DNA of 64,000 bases from Catajapyx aquilonaris (lineage: Eukaryota). Both the position numbers and the translations under genes were made by a program. The DNA is taken from positions 1-64,000 of the forward strand of contig KZ538144.1 of assembly GCA_000934665.2 (NCBI GenBank), given 5' to 3'. Each line of letters begins with the position of its first letter. Position 1 is the first letter of the stretch. Below the pieces are notes generated by a model. It searched no databases. It was not told the origin of the DNA and worked only from the letters and a program-made list of their open reading frames with translations. Below, one piece after another: positions 37,162 through 50,433 of this stretch.

Positions 37162-40100
37162 ATGAAGCTGAAGGACCAGTGGTCCTCGCAAAGCAACGAT
37201 AGCGGTGAAGTCGAGGTAAGTGCGATGTTTATGTACGATTGCAATCGGCCACTGGGGGGGACCGGTGACAATTCAAGGCGACGGACGATTGGGTCGCATT
37301 TGACCACTGGCAAAAGTACCTGATAGTGATAACAGACTGGCAAATAATCAGGATAAGAGTGCAGACCTTGAAACGTGCAAGTGAACAATTGAGGCATATC
37401 AGACACAGTCGATTAATAAAGGCAGGCAGTGAATTTTGTGTGGTGCTAAGTGTAGTGATTTGGATTAGCAGGCATCGATGAGCGAAAAGGTGGGTGTGTC
37501 AAATAGAAATGTCACAAATCTGGGGGCTGGTTCAAAAAAAGCGTATGTTGGAATTTCAAAGGGATGTGGAGATGTCAGATGTATATGTAGGGTACATAGC
37601 ATTGTCAATTAGAGGATGCAAATACTAAAAACCAGAATTCGCAATTTTATAAACCAGCTACAGTATTATAGGGCTTCAAATAATGTACACAAATTGAAAA
37701 ATTAAAATGCAGGACGATGCCACATTTGGGTCAAAATTAACGCATTGTGCAATCTCGAAATGTACTTTCTGAAGGTCAAATAAGTTGGCTACTCACCTGG
37801 ATGTATTTTTATAAATATCCAGACACTTCAAACCTTCATATCTTGAAATTTGTGATACGTCACTCTGATTACCTGCATTTCAGACCATTTTATTTTGCAT
37901 GTAACTTCAGTGCATTACTAATTAATTTCACCCCCCCCCCCCCNCCGGTCTTTTTTTCACTTACGAACAGTCTTGCGCCGAACTGCTATCAGATGCTAGT
38001 GACAAAGTGAGAAAGACTTCCGAGAAGCTCTACCTACGAGCAGCACCATGTTACGCCAAGTAAGTGACATATCTGATGAAAATGGGGCACGAGTTACCTA
38101 TTTGAATTACAGTGCGGAGGCTCACTGCTCGAGTTATACCGAATCCCAACCAAGTACAAGCCGCCAGAGTTACCTGGGCCACCATTATGGTACAGCTACA
38201 CCTGCTAAGACCTCCCTGATGGACATGGACATAACCGAAAAGACACCGCTGTTTCATGCAACTTTGGTTCCGCACAAAGTAGGCCCCATTCCCACCTTTA
38301 TGGAAGGATCGGATTTGGAACAAGCGATACTCCACAGGTAACTTGTTTGTTTCATCTAAAAATAGATTCGGTATCATTTTAAAGAATGGCTATATAAATG
38401 ACGGCCTGAATTTCATCCGAGGACTGATGTCCTAAAAAAATCAGGTGAACAGGATTTGACGCTGATTTCATTATTGCATTAATGTTGTGTACCACGGGTA
38501 TATCATTGTAGTTACGCACTGACAAGATAATGGCTTTCAACACCTATCGCCTAGGTCATAGTGATAATATGTATACAAGTATTTTTGTGATTTCAACACT
38601 TGAGTTGAGCCAAAGGCGTAAGTCTAGAAATTTATAATTTTGAATGTTCATTATAGGGTGAAAGGTGAGGAAGATGAGTACGAAATGGATTCTGGCGACG
38701 AAGACTCGGAAGATGGGAACGACGACGAATGCACAAAGTTCGACCTGAAAAGAAACATCAAAGTTGGAATCCTCGTGGTTACTTTCTTAATTACCGCTGT
38801 GAGTGCAAACAAATATTGTACAGTACAAATGTTTGGAGGCTATCTGTGGGAAATCTCATTTTGAGTCAACATTTGGTTTAGATCACAGGGAAATTACTCA
38901 TTTGCTTATTGCGTAAGAATGCTTTATCTGGCTCTTGAATAATCATGATGATTATCCAAAAATTTATAAGCATATGTTAATTGAGTAGTCTTATCATTAT
39001 TTGTATTGCATGTGAAACATTTTATTTTCCAGACATTCATTGTGCTCAGAGGAGAAAATGTGCCAGCTTTTCGACAAATTTCAGTTCAGAGTGATCACCC
39101 ATATTGTATCCTTTTCGTTAAAAAAAAATCAACGCTACAGATTGACTAGATTTTGTTATCAGAATACAAGTTTCCAAAACAACGATTGAAGTCAGTCTTT
39201 CCTCGCAGGACTTTAACCTGAGATAGCATCTTGATAGGGTTATAATGGAAGTGTTCAAAATGTCTAGTCAGTGACGTGATTACTTAACAATGCATTTAGC
39301 ATTAACTGTTCCAACGAAGTCTGGTTATCCGGTCGTCCTCGTGACAATACAGGGAGCCTTCGTACCTGAAGCTTATGCCAACCTGACTCCCCATAGGCTC
39401 AGTATGGACTTACGTGTTTGGAATGGAAAAATGAGGGCAAGTAAATCATTATTAACTATGTACATACAATTTATTCTAACTTGTCACCTTTTGTGTGTAC
39501 AGAAAACTGGAGACATGTACGCCAACATTTGGGAAATTCCAATAGTAGAAGAATCGTTAATTGGCAAGGTCAAGGATACAGTACTGACACATAATTTTAA
39601 TCTGGAAGATTTAATTATCCTGGAGGAGTAAGTATTACCCCCCACCCCCTTTTTTTGCATATGCTACTTTTGGTCATAGGGGTTCCAATGCATATGGAAG
39701 AGCATTATGCCAATACTCAGGCAGAAATGATGTCACTTGATACATTACAGAGATGATGAAAATGCCTCATGTGAGATCCTGCTTCACACCAACTTGGACA
39801 CCAACCTTCCCCTTTCAATCGGTGTTTCGTTGGCTCCAGACACGATCGGATACAGTATTGTATTCGCTGTGATAATTCTCATTGGGCTCTACTCACTCAT
39901 CATTCTTGAGGTAATTTTTATAGTGCAAGATATCACTTCACTTAACGCTATGTAATTGTCCAGTTTCATGAAGTGTCTAAAATTTGATTTCAGCTGATAC
40001 CCAGAGCTTTGGTGGCAATCTTGGCTGCAGTGTGGTGCATTGGAATCCTAGCCCTTTTGGACCAAAGGCCTTCAATGGTTGAGATGGTCTCGTGGGTGGA

Positions 40101-42145
40101 CATAGAAACGGAGCTGCTACTTTTCGGTATGATGAACATCGTGTCCATCTTTGGTGACACTGGTTTCTTCGACATGATTGCCATGATGGCATTCAAGGTA
40201 AGTTGAGTTTTAAATTATCATCTCTCATTCAGTGACCCCTTTATTTTTAATGAAGATGGCAGGAGGTAAGATATGGCCGCTTATCACCTTTCTGTGCTTC
40301 TTCACTGGCTTCGTGTCGGCCTTTTTGGACAACGTGACTTGCGTCCTCCTCCTCACTCCTGTCTCTATACTGTGAGTATATGCAGTATTCCTGAAGGATT
40401 CTGGATGCTTATATTAAATTTAATATTCTCAGATTGTGTAAAGCAATGGAATTGGATCCAAGACAAGTACTGATAGCCATGGTGATTTTTTCAAACATTG
40501 GCGGAGCTGGAACTGCAGTTGGGGACCCCCCAAATGTCATCATCGTCAACAACAAGGACGTGGCAAGCGAAGTAGGTCTACTGCCCAGGTCAGGGTGTCA
40601 GAAACAAGAATGATGATGACCTTTTTTTTCAGGGAATCACATTCGCCAACTTTACCCTTCACATGGCGCCGGGAGTTATTCTGGTCATGCTAACGTCCTA
40701 CGCTCATCTCCGTCTGGCCTTCCGCGATTTGTGCAAGTTGCGATTCGCCGAACCGTACGACGTCGCAGGTGAGTGCCAGCATCTCTCATTGTTGTTAATG
40801 TCACCTTAGCCATTGGTTTTCCCCACATGTAGAATTACGCCGTGAGGTTGAGATTTGGCATCGGACAGCCCATTCTCTGTCGACTTACTCGGACGACGAA
40901 CGCCTGGTGCGAAAATGTCTGATGGCCAAGAGGGACGAGACACGTGTTCGACTCAAGCGTCGCTTGGCACGGGGACAGTAAGACGATTAAATAATAGCTG
41001 ATATAAGTGACAAGGAACATACATTTCCTGTCAAGAACAGGTGATAATGGAGCCGTACTGTTTCGTTTCAGAACCTATGAGGAATACCAGGCTCAACTAT
41101 TAGAACTGCAAGAAATGGTAAGCTTATGAATTTTTCGTGTAGCCTGTCAGGTTTATTACAATATTAGTAATATTAAACTGTAAGAGTGCACTTTTTTACC
41201 GTACAAAATAACAGTTACTGTCTTTTTAGTGGCGTATCAGAGACTTCCCGCTCCTGGTGAAATCCACTGTGGTCCTCGTGCTGGTCATCGGCCTTTTCTT
41301 CCTTCATTCTGTTCTGGGATTGAACGTCTCATTGGGCATGACAGCCATATTGGGATGTGTCTTGCTCTTCCTCTTGGCTGACAGGCACGAATTGGACAGC
41401 ATATTGGCCCGAGTGGAATGGAGCACTCTTATCTTCTTCGCAGCCCTCTTTATCGTCATGGAGGTAGGCTACTGTATGCCACATCATGTAATATCGGTGG
41501 TACTGATCCATCTGTTTTTCCTCAGGCTTTAGCACGAATGGGCCTTTTGGACCTCATAGGAGCACAAACAGAGCAACTTATATTTAGTGTAAACAAAGAG
41601 TGGAGATTGACAGCGTCCATCATCTTGATCCAATGGGTGTCTGCCATTGCATCAGCTTTCATCGACAATATCCCCTTCACCACTATGATGATCCAAATTG
41701 TGGTTAAACTCTCCCAAAATCCGGAGCTGGGATTGCCATTGCATCCATTGGTCTACGCTCTGGCCTTCGGCACGTGTCTTGGAGGTAGGCATCAAATGTT
41801 TACTTGCGATATTATCGTCCAGTGTATTGCCGTAACTGGTAACTCCCATTTTCAATAAATCAAGGCTAATGTTAATTGCAACTTTTTCAGGTAATGGGAC
41901 GCTGATTGGTGCTTCTGCCAACGTAGTGTGTGCCGGATTAGCTGAACAGCATGGGCATCGGTTTACATTTCTTGATTTCTTAAAGTAAGTATTGAAAATC
42001 ACTTCACTGCTTTATCTAAAATTATGACTGATGATGTTTTTTTTGTTTCTTTGATAGACTTGGATTCCCCATCATGATTTCCGGAAACGTGGTCGCTTCG
42101 GCTTACCTTCTGGTGTGTCACTCATGGTTAGGTTGGAATTCTTGA
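37162..42145 (+). CDS. OCA2: P protein / OCA2 (hoepel-like) family membrane transporter (~821 aa, 18 coding exons)
   Basis: Exons 37162-37215, 37971-38059, 38113-38337, 38657-38798, 39033-39105, 39300-39436, 39503-39627, 39751-39910, 39994-40197, 40256-40371, 40433-40571, 40633-40768, 40833-40977, 41072-41117, 41230-41463, 41526-41784, 41891-41984, 42058-42145, total 2466 nt. Family motifs: [85 protein letters not shown] at 42519. The first two exons are less certain. Confidence 0.92.
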
Positions 42146-43838
42146 TCTGCTGAGGTCCAGAAGTTCTTCAATTAAGTTAGAATACTCACACCAAGAAAAT
42201 TGTGTAAGGTTAGGGTACTCTTAAGCGCCAAAGACTGTCAAATTGTTGCGTTGTATACTCGATATTATTCTCGATCCAACAGATGTTTTGTAAGTATTCT
42301 AAAGAGGTCGATTGTCATTGTTGCCTTTTTTGATTGTGATCGAGGGAACCAAGCGGTGATTTTTATGCTATTTGATGACCCTGTTTTATAAGCCCTACCT
42401 GAGTCCGTTCTTGTCCAGTATTTTTTTTTTTTGTCGGGTAAGAACAGTTTTAATAACATTATTTTAATATATGCATGGGAATTTAGTGCCAAAGGTGCAG
42501 TGTAAAAAATGTGAACGTAATAAATTTACTTTTAAACTAAGTTGTGCTTAACCACATGAAGTGCTGTGACTTGGAAAAAAAATGAGTTACCTGACCAAGT
42601 AGCAAAGATTCCTCATGTTACCACTAAAATTCTCTGCATCTGGCAAACACGAGACGCAGTAAAGCTTGACGTTAATCTTACCTAACTCTCCAAGAATAGC
42701 AAACCTTTGGGGCTTTTCAAAACCCAGACAGCCGGACTCCTCGATCATCAAACCCTTAAACCTCCAAGGTCAAAAACAAGATGGGCAAACGGAGACACCC
42801 GAAAAACACTCATTAGCTTTATTGAAACTGGCAAGAAGGGTAGTGGAGGAGGAGTAGAAGGAAGAAAAAAGAAGGGGAAAAAATGGACTCGTCCTGTTTA
42901 CATGGTCGATGGAAAGGGTCATGGAGGTAGCACGTGGTGTCTCGATGGCTGGATGCCAACAGACTTTTGCAACCTTTGTTGACTTTTCCTGCCTCGATTG
43001 TGAAACTGGTGTTTTCCACCTCATGGGTTCTCAGAGTTTATACCCATCGTACTGGAAGTTGGGTGAACTCCACAGCCGTTGCGAAGCAGAAATAATTACT
43101 GCAACCTATTCGGAAAATGTTTCAGTAACAATAATGAAACATTGCCAAATCCACTTTAGGAAGAAAAGACTTAAAAGCTGACGTTGAGGAAAGGTGAATA
43201 AAAAATAGAACTTATTATTGAACACAACTGCAACATGTATTACTGAAACTAGTTACAAAACAATAGCGAAGGTCGTGACCAGCTTCAGAGTTACAAAAAA
43301 TGTAAGAAAATATCGAATACTACACAAAGCACCTGCTTCTCTCGATGCATCCACCGTTTTGTTTTATAATGGTATAGATGCCAAAATAGTGGCTTTGTAA
43401 AGCCAACCATGAGTATCATCAGGATGGCAATAAATATGATAAGTTGAAAAAATAAGCATACATGGGACAGCGAGTGACCATGTCATAATCCTGTGTACAA
43501 TACTGTAATCACATAAATAGTTACTCAGGAGTCAAAACACCCTGTATTAGGACTAGCATTCAGACTCTTTGTGAGGAAGACCAAAAAGACTGTGTAATTA
43601 AAAATACAGTGAGAGAGCAGTGTACTTAGACAGAGGGTCTTAACCACACTGCTCTTCTGAGAGGCTTTTGGAGGGGTGTAGAAACCAGAAATCAAACGTG
43701 TGTTGCCAACTCTTTTCTGGCAACAAGTCAAGGTGAGAAAACAGCGAAATTTGCCATCTCATCCCCCTGTTTTTCGCTCGAGCCATCTTGGTAAACAATT
43801 TCACAGTGCAATAATCCCCCTCAAAATGGCCGTCGCAT

Positions 43839-45650
43839 TCAGCTGATCTCATACAGCAAGTACTGGTTCAGGCTCTTGGGAAGCTGCAACTCGTCGATGA
43901 TTTGGCACAGACGTGGACCCAGGTACTTGCGCAAGAAGAGACGTGCCTGATGCTTCAGGGTCAGAGGAGTTCTGGCCATGTCCATGACCACCTGCTTTTC
44001 GAGGTCTGGCAACTGCTGAGAACGTCTTATCATGCATGAGTCAAACGATTCAGCGGCATCCAAGAGGGCCCACAAGACTCGAGGCTGACGCACCGCATTT
44101 CCAAGGTGGCTTAAGATACCAAGAGGGTCGCGATGTTGCGTCTTCAGAACAACCTGAATCATAGATAAAATGTGTTAGAATATGGCTACCAAATAGGGAA
44201 CTCACGAAAACTATTAGAGGTTTACTTTGGCGCCATGTCTGAGAAGGAGCTCAACGACCTCGAGGCTCAGTACTTCGTTTGAACTTAGGTACTCTCCAAG
44301 AACAGGCTTGAGAGGCCTTCCGTCATCGTCTGGAATGATGCAGTTTGGATCTGCACCACGGTGCAGCAACAGGCTCATGGTGTCTAGCCTGCTAGGCACA
44401 TTGTCAGCGCAGGCTACGTGCAATGGCGAACCGATGATGGGCGAACTAGCGTTGACATCGGCTCCTGTTAGGAAATTGTTGTTATTGCGCTAATGTTTTG
44501 TTTCTACACAACTCAAGAACCTATTGCGCCATCAGTCAACAAACTTAACGAAATCGCGAAAAACACTTGTGTCACAATATAGTTAATTCTGGCTAGAGTT
44601 TCGTTTTTCTAGAGATTTCTCTACTAACCTGCATCGACCAAAATCTTGACCAGTGTGGGGTCACCCTTGAGAATTGCCAAATCCAGGGGCGTTGGCTTCT
44701 GGTAATCAGGTGAAAAGTTGACACGAGCGCCCTGCTTGAGAAGGAGGTGAATAATGTCGTAATTTCCGGACAGGATAGCATAGTGCAGGACAGTGCGATA
44801 GTCGTGTCTATCGTCGGTCATAGCGTTGACATCAGCGCCATTTGAGAGTAGCAAGAGGACAGACTCCATTCCCTGAGGATGGAATAATGAGATATGAACA
44901 TTGGTTTGGAAACAAGTTTGATGCAAACAGGTGGGGACTATATTGGTATATTACAGGAATGTGTAGGCCAGAAACATTTATTTTACCTGAGTCAAACGGC
45001 AGGCTTTCATCAGAGGGGTCAGTCCAGATCTGTCTCGCATATCAGGATCTGCTCCATATTTGAGCAGAAGTTCCAAGTATTCCGTGTTCAGTGGGGACAG
45101 CAAGTTGATCTCGGATCCAAAGAAGTAACGTGCATTTGGATTGGCGCCGTGTTCAAGAAGCAGACGAGCTGCTTCGTAGTGATTGTTCTTGATGGCCAGG
45201 CGAAGAGGTTCGTCGCACAGTTGAGTCAAAGGAAACATGTCGTCCACATAGATCTCTCTGTAGTCTACTTTCACCTTGTGCTCCATAAGCATCTGAAAGT
45301 TGCGTAAGAAAAATGTCAGTTGATTCAGTCCTGATATCCATGTTTTTACCATATGACTTTGTACTGACTTCCATAATGTCGACGTATCCATGTTCAGCAC
45401 ACAAGTGAAGGGCAGAATATCCGCAGTCGTCTCGGGCATTGACGTCGCATCCTCTGACAAGCAGCAACTGTGTGGCCTCCTTGTAACGCTGCCATACAGC
45501 ATAGTGCAGTGGTCGCAAACCCTGGGTCACAGGATCGTTGACTTTTGCCCCACAGGCCAACAGAATACGAATGTCATCCAGTGAAGCCAATCGAATTATG
45601 CTGTCTGCAAGCTCCCGCTGGAGCGGGTTTGTCAGACATTCAGTTGGCAT
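43839..45650 (-). CDS. Ankyrin repeat and SOCS box (ASB-like) protein (~461 aa, 5 coding exons)
   Basis: Exons 45650-45369, 45292-44987, 44872-44629, 44464-44226, 44153-43839, all GT-AG and in phase. Multiple ankyrin repeats (GLRPLHYA, GYSALHLC, GLTPLMKA, TVLHYA, TPLDLA, GSPLHVA) and a C-terminal SOCS box (PLTLKHQARLFLRKYL...LQLPKSLNQYLLY). Minus-strand AATAAA at 42818-42823. Confidence 0.93.
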
Positions 45651-48600
45651 GTTTTCTGTAAAAATATTAGGTAGAAAATAATCCACTGTATCATCTATTT
45701 GCACATATGACAGCACAGCAGAACAAACGGTACCCGGTCCCTAATATTTCAGCATTCGCAACGTTATATTGTGACAAAGGATATTATGATACTCTTTCTC
45801 TCCGAACTGAGAAATTGACTGCCATGATATGCGAATTTCTGCGAAATGACAAAGTTCCCAAAGAATAAGCAAACGACGCAATCTTCGTGAAAGAAAGTCC
45901 CTTATCCGAAAAAGTTCCGCCAGTTAGCTTTCTTTGGCTTGGTTTCAAAGATGCCATACTGAAATTCGTAGAACATGAAATAAGACATAAACGTTCGGCT
46001 TACTACCATCTGTCACGCCTACCTTGTTGTCTGCGGTAAAAACGTCAACACAAATACGTCGAAGGCAGAGTGTGCGACCTTGACAACCCTATATTTACCA
46101 ACACACGCTATAGGTCAAGGTGAAGTATCTGGACCAAATTCTAAACCAGTGATTGATTATTATCCAGATGGGGTTTTCCACCCATTTGTTTGACAGTGGG
46201 TTTAAATTTAGTTTCCGGATATCCTTCAACGACTTCAAAAATAGCGCGCAGTTTAAAACGGCACCCTAGAAATTTCGGATGTCAACCTCGTGAACAGAAT
46301 GTGCATAACACGCGCGTGCTGGCTCGTTTGGAAACAAAATGTATAGGTAAAACTAGGCCGTGCACAGCTGTTATGCACTTTTACAGCTGGTAGGCGACTT
46401 TGACTTTTGCCAAGGTAAAGATGGACCTCGACCAAAAACTGCCACTGTTACGTCTATGGATTTTCGCAAATGAGGACATGGACGGAATTAAAACCAACGT
46501 CAGTTTCACAGGTAATTCTTTCAAGGTGGAAAACCCACCGCAAATACATGCTTGGTCATGTGCCAGTGTGCCGAGGTATAACGCAATAATAGATTCAAAT
46601 TGCTACTGAACAGCAAATTAGCGTGATAGACAATCCAGAACAATAGTTAATTCGGTTATTTACATTGTTTTTAATATCGGCCCGAATGGTAGTTGTACTG
46701 TGAATATTTCACTGATTACAGCTGACAAGTGCATTTCGGAACAGCTGATCACTACAACTTCAGAACCACGAGATCTAATAAGAAAGTCCTCATACTGTAC
46801 CTAGTATATGTTCAGCTCCACCAAAAACTGATATATGTCCTCCAACTTCTTCCAAGTTGTCCTTTGTCGGTACTTGTGTCCCGTGTGGGGGTTCGCAAAC
46901 TTTTGGACTAGTCCACATGCGACCGTGGGTAATATAACCAAAGTTGTATGCACGTGACTCTGGCGTCATGAGAATTGGCAAAGGTAGAGGTTGTAGCACT
47001 CTTTCGAGTGCGCCGGTTTAATTTTAGGCTTTTGGGAGGTTGCCTCACTACTACATCTTTGTGCCAGCCACCCATACAGTACCATACAGCAGGGGGTAAG
47101 GGGGGTAGGGGGCAGAAAGAACAAAGAAGAAGCCGACACTTCCGACTATGGATGGATTTACAAATCAGGCTTTGCTATACCTATAAAATGTTTGTCAACA
47201 GCCAATCTGTATAGTGTTCAATGGGCAGATAGAATAAATTCTGAACATCTGGGAATTAATAATGCATATTTTAACAATCATAATTTATTAGTTCAAACTG
47301 AATATGAATAGAGATTCAGGTGTGCTTGACCACATATAGCACCTGTAATGATGAAAGGTGTGAACAACCAGCGATTTGAGGGTGAAGCAAAAGTGGGAAA
47401 GGTCAAGAACCTGCTGGCATCTTGTTTATTTTTATAAAATAAAAACATTCACCTGCCACCACGGCGGCTTTCTTATTTTTAAAATGTCTGACACACTTTT
47501 GCAAGTAATCTCCTGCGAATCGGTCCTGCGTCGTTCCATTCCTTTGTGTCCCGAGGTCAATAGTTTTGCGAAACGGCTAGCAAGTGCCCATAGGAAACAA
47601 AGGTGTTCTTCGCACTGTTTTTGTTTTCGTGGTTCAAAACGTCGCACCCCTACGTATAAATGTTGGCAGGGCAGACCAAACGCAAGAGTGCGTTGTTGCT
47701 TTCAAAACAACTCACGTGTTTCGGTCGACGAACATGTGCTTGGTGCAATAGGTTGCCCTTGCGTATTCGCATCCTTTTTGCGCGTTGTCTTTACGACATT
47801 GTTCAATGGAAGAAGGTCAGCGGGATTCCCCCATACTTATTGCGCTTCCTGAGCTCATGTTAACTGCGTCATCAGAAAACCAGACAGCGTCTCAGGGAAA
47901 GTTGACTTTTATATGATGCACCTCAGAGAAATATTGTTAGGGTACATTTGGTGACAATAAAAACATTTTCAAAAATAAAAAAAACTCAATTATCAAAAGG
48001 TTTAGAACACCTAGATCACGAAGGGTGCCAGGCCTAAATAAAGTACATCCGTGATAAATATATGCTGGATTACATATATTCACACTAACTAATCTATAGG
48101 AAAATGTGAAGGTACTAAACCCTGATTGTTGTACATTATAACTCCTACAGAATACTGCATCCTCAACAATGCACTAGCACTTGGTACACATGCGCCGTGA
48201 AATAGATATGCGTTTTTCAAACAGACCTCGTGGAACAAAAATGCTCAATGCTTGTTCTTAATGCGTTGGTTGCAATTCCAAAATAGAACCCAGATGCTCA
48301 GCTGGCTGTCTCTCTCTCTCTCTTTCTCTCTTTTCCTCTCCCTCCCAACCTCTCTTTCTCTGCTGGTTCTCTGGCACGCATCCACTTTGGATGTTGTCCC
48401 TGGACCTAAGAGAGAGTACTGTTTATCAACAATATTTTCCGTTAACCTTCACGTGATAAGTCCATGTGGTGAAGCAAGGTAAGTACACTTTATGTAATAT
48501 TATCTTTTACGTGCTGCACATGCACATACCCAGTGCAATTATTAATAATAATAATTGCTTATATCAATCCACGTCCTAAATGAATGATGTGAAATGAAGC

Positions 48601-48945
48601 TATTGGGGAGAAACCCAATTGAAATATTATATAATCTAGTTTGAATTAGCTCTTCGTGTGTACGTAGTATACCGTATGTTTGGAATTGGAGTAGCACACC
48701 TGTGCAACACAAGATCCCAATGTCTCATCCATCTCATCATAATAACCCAGTAATAACCACTCAACCAAGGGGTTAGCCAGTGTACTGTACACTCTCTGTG
48801 AGCAACTGGCAGCAGCAAATAAACAACCATTCATCAGAATGATATGAACCAAAATGTTCTACCCACTTCATTCTAAAGCAGTCTCATTCTGGTGCACGAT
48901 ACACAGAATTTTAATATATTGTGAATAACCTGTTATCCCATTTAG

Positions 48946-49231
48946 CCATGGAACCGTGCCGTGAGGTCTTTTTGGACCGCAAGGAATTAAAATGCATTAA
49001 GATGATAATTACAATGAACCTTTGCCAATTTTTTACAGTATATATAACAGGAAGTGCATGTTTATTTTGAATAAGCGATCATTTTAGGCATTGTTCAAAG
49101 AATGATTGTATATATAGTCAATACATTGAAAAGTATAATATAAAAATTAATAAAAATTAAAGTATAGATGGGGTCCGAAAAGACCCCACTGCACGGTTGG
49201 TGTAACTTTCAGGCACGGCACGGTTCCAGGG
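48946..49231. mobile_element. piggyBac-like MITE, copy 1
   Basis: TIRs CC(A/C)TGGAACCGTGCCGTG; degenerate TTAA flanks (TTAG/TTTA). Confidence 0.75.
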
Positions 49232-49630
49232 TTTATGGGCATTAAAAATAAATGGGTTCCCCAAATAAAGTGAATGCACACAGTCAGCACGTCCTACATA
49301 GTTAAATGTAATATGCATTCATTAACAGGATATTTAAAATAGCACCTAGAATACCGGTAATTTAATTTGAAATCACAACTTCGAAAATATTGGATTATTA
49401 TTCCAGCAATCCCAGTACTTGTGTATAGTAGCCTACCAGGTTAACGTATTATCGCCTTGGTTGCAGCATTGTCAGTATGAACTTAATCCATAACTGATTG
49501 TTTAATGAATAATTCATTAATTTTTGTGAACTCATCTAGAGTAAATGCTAGCAGTTGTGAATATTAATGTTACAACTACAAGCTCATATCCATGGTAACT
49601 GACAGCAACAATGGCAAAGCCCCAGTATCG

Positions 49631-50040
49631 CAGGAGCGGACTGGGTCTTAAAACCGGCCCAGGCATGTCACCTATCAGACCGGCCCATTGTTTATCAATA
49701 GTTCAATCAGGGTAGTAGGCAGAAAAAATTCGCGGGGAGGATTCCATAAGCACTAGGTGAAGAAGCCGTAATGGACGGGGAGCGAGCCCGCCGCAGGCGC
49801 AAATTTTTTGGGGGGTTCAAGGTCACACGAGCTTATGTGAATGTAGATTTGAATGGGTGTGTATTTCATGAAATTGGTAGCACTTTTTCCAAACAATCAT
49901 GAATTAGTAATTTCAAACATTTCATGCCACATGAGCCAAATTTCTTTCACATTTTTAGGTGGGTGGGAGTTTTTTCTTCTTTTTCTCCAGCCCGGCCCAC
50001 CGGGCATTGCCTAAATGCCCATATGGCCAGTCCGCCACTG
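49631..50040. mobile_element. hAT-like MITE
   Basis: TIRs CAGGAGCGGACTGG / CCAGTCCGCCACTG; CCAGTAT duplicated on both sides; absent from the paralogous site near 53490. Confidence 0.75.
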
Positions 50041-50433
50041 CCAGTATGCCATCATTATCCTGGGCACAGAGCGAGAGACACATTAATCTATTCACAAAAA
50101 AAGACAATGCCCCTTTTGAGGGCCTATATTTGAGAGAAATTTAATCGGCTGCTAATTCATAATTCGTAGGAAATATGTCCAACCCAATTACCTCATCCTT
50201 TAGTAATATAGGCAACACAGTGGTGGTTTATCAATTTTTAATGCAGTAAACATCATGGACATGAACTTAAAACACAGTCCGTTTATGCCAAGCTTCGCCA
50301 AACAGATATGTTTACTTAATGTCTACTTTTCAGAATTTCGGAAATTTCTGGTCTGATTATGGTGGAGGTTCGCTGGTGGTATAGCTAGTTGCCTTATTAC
50401 GTGGCGGTTCATCCTCCTCATCCTCAGGCTAAC

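Noticed and set aside
42519..42530. AATAAA followed by a minus-strand AGTAAA here and at 10345-10358, between the convergent gene pairs
   Set aside because: This is expected by chance in AT-rich DNA, and ASB has a canonical minus-strand AATAAA at 42818.
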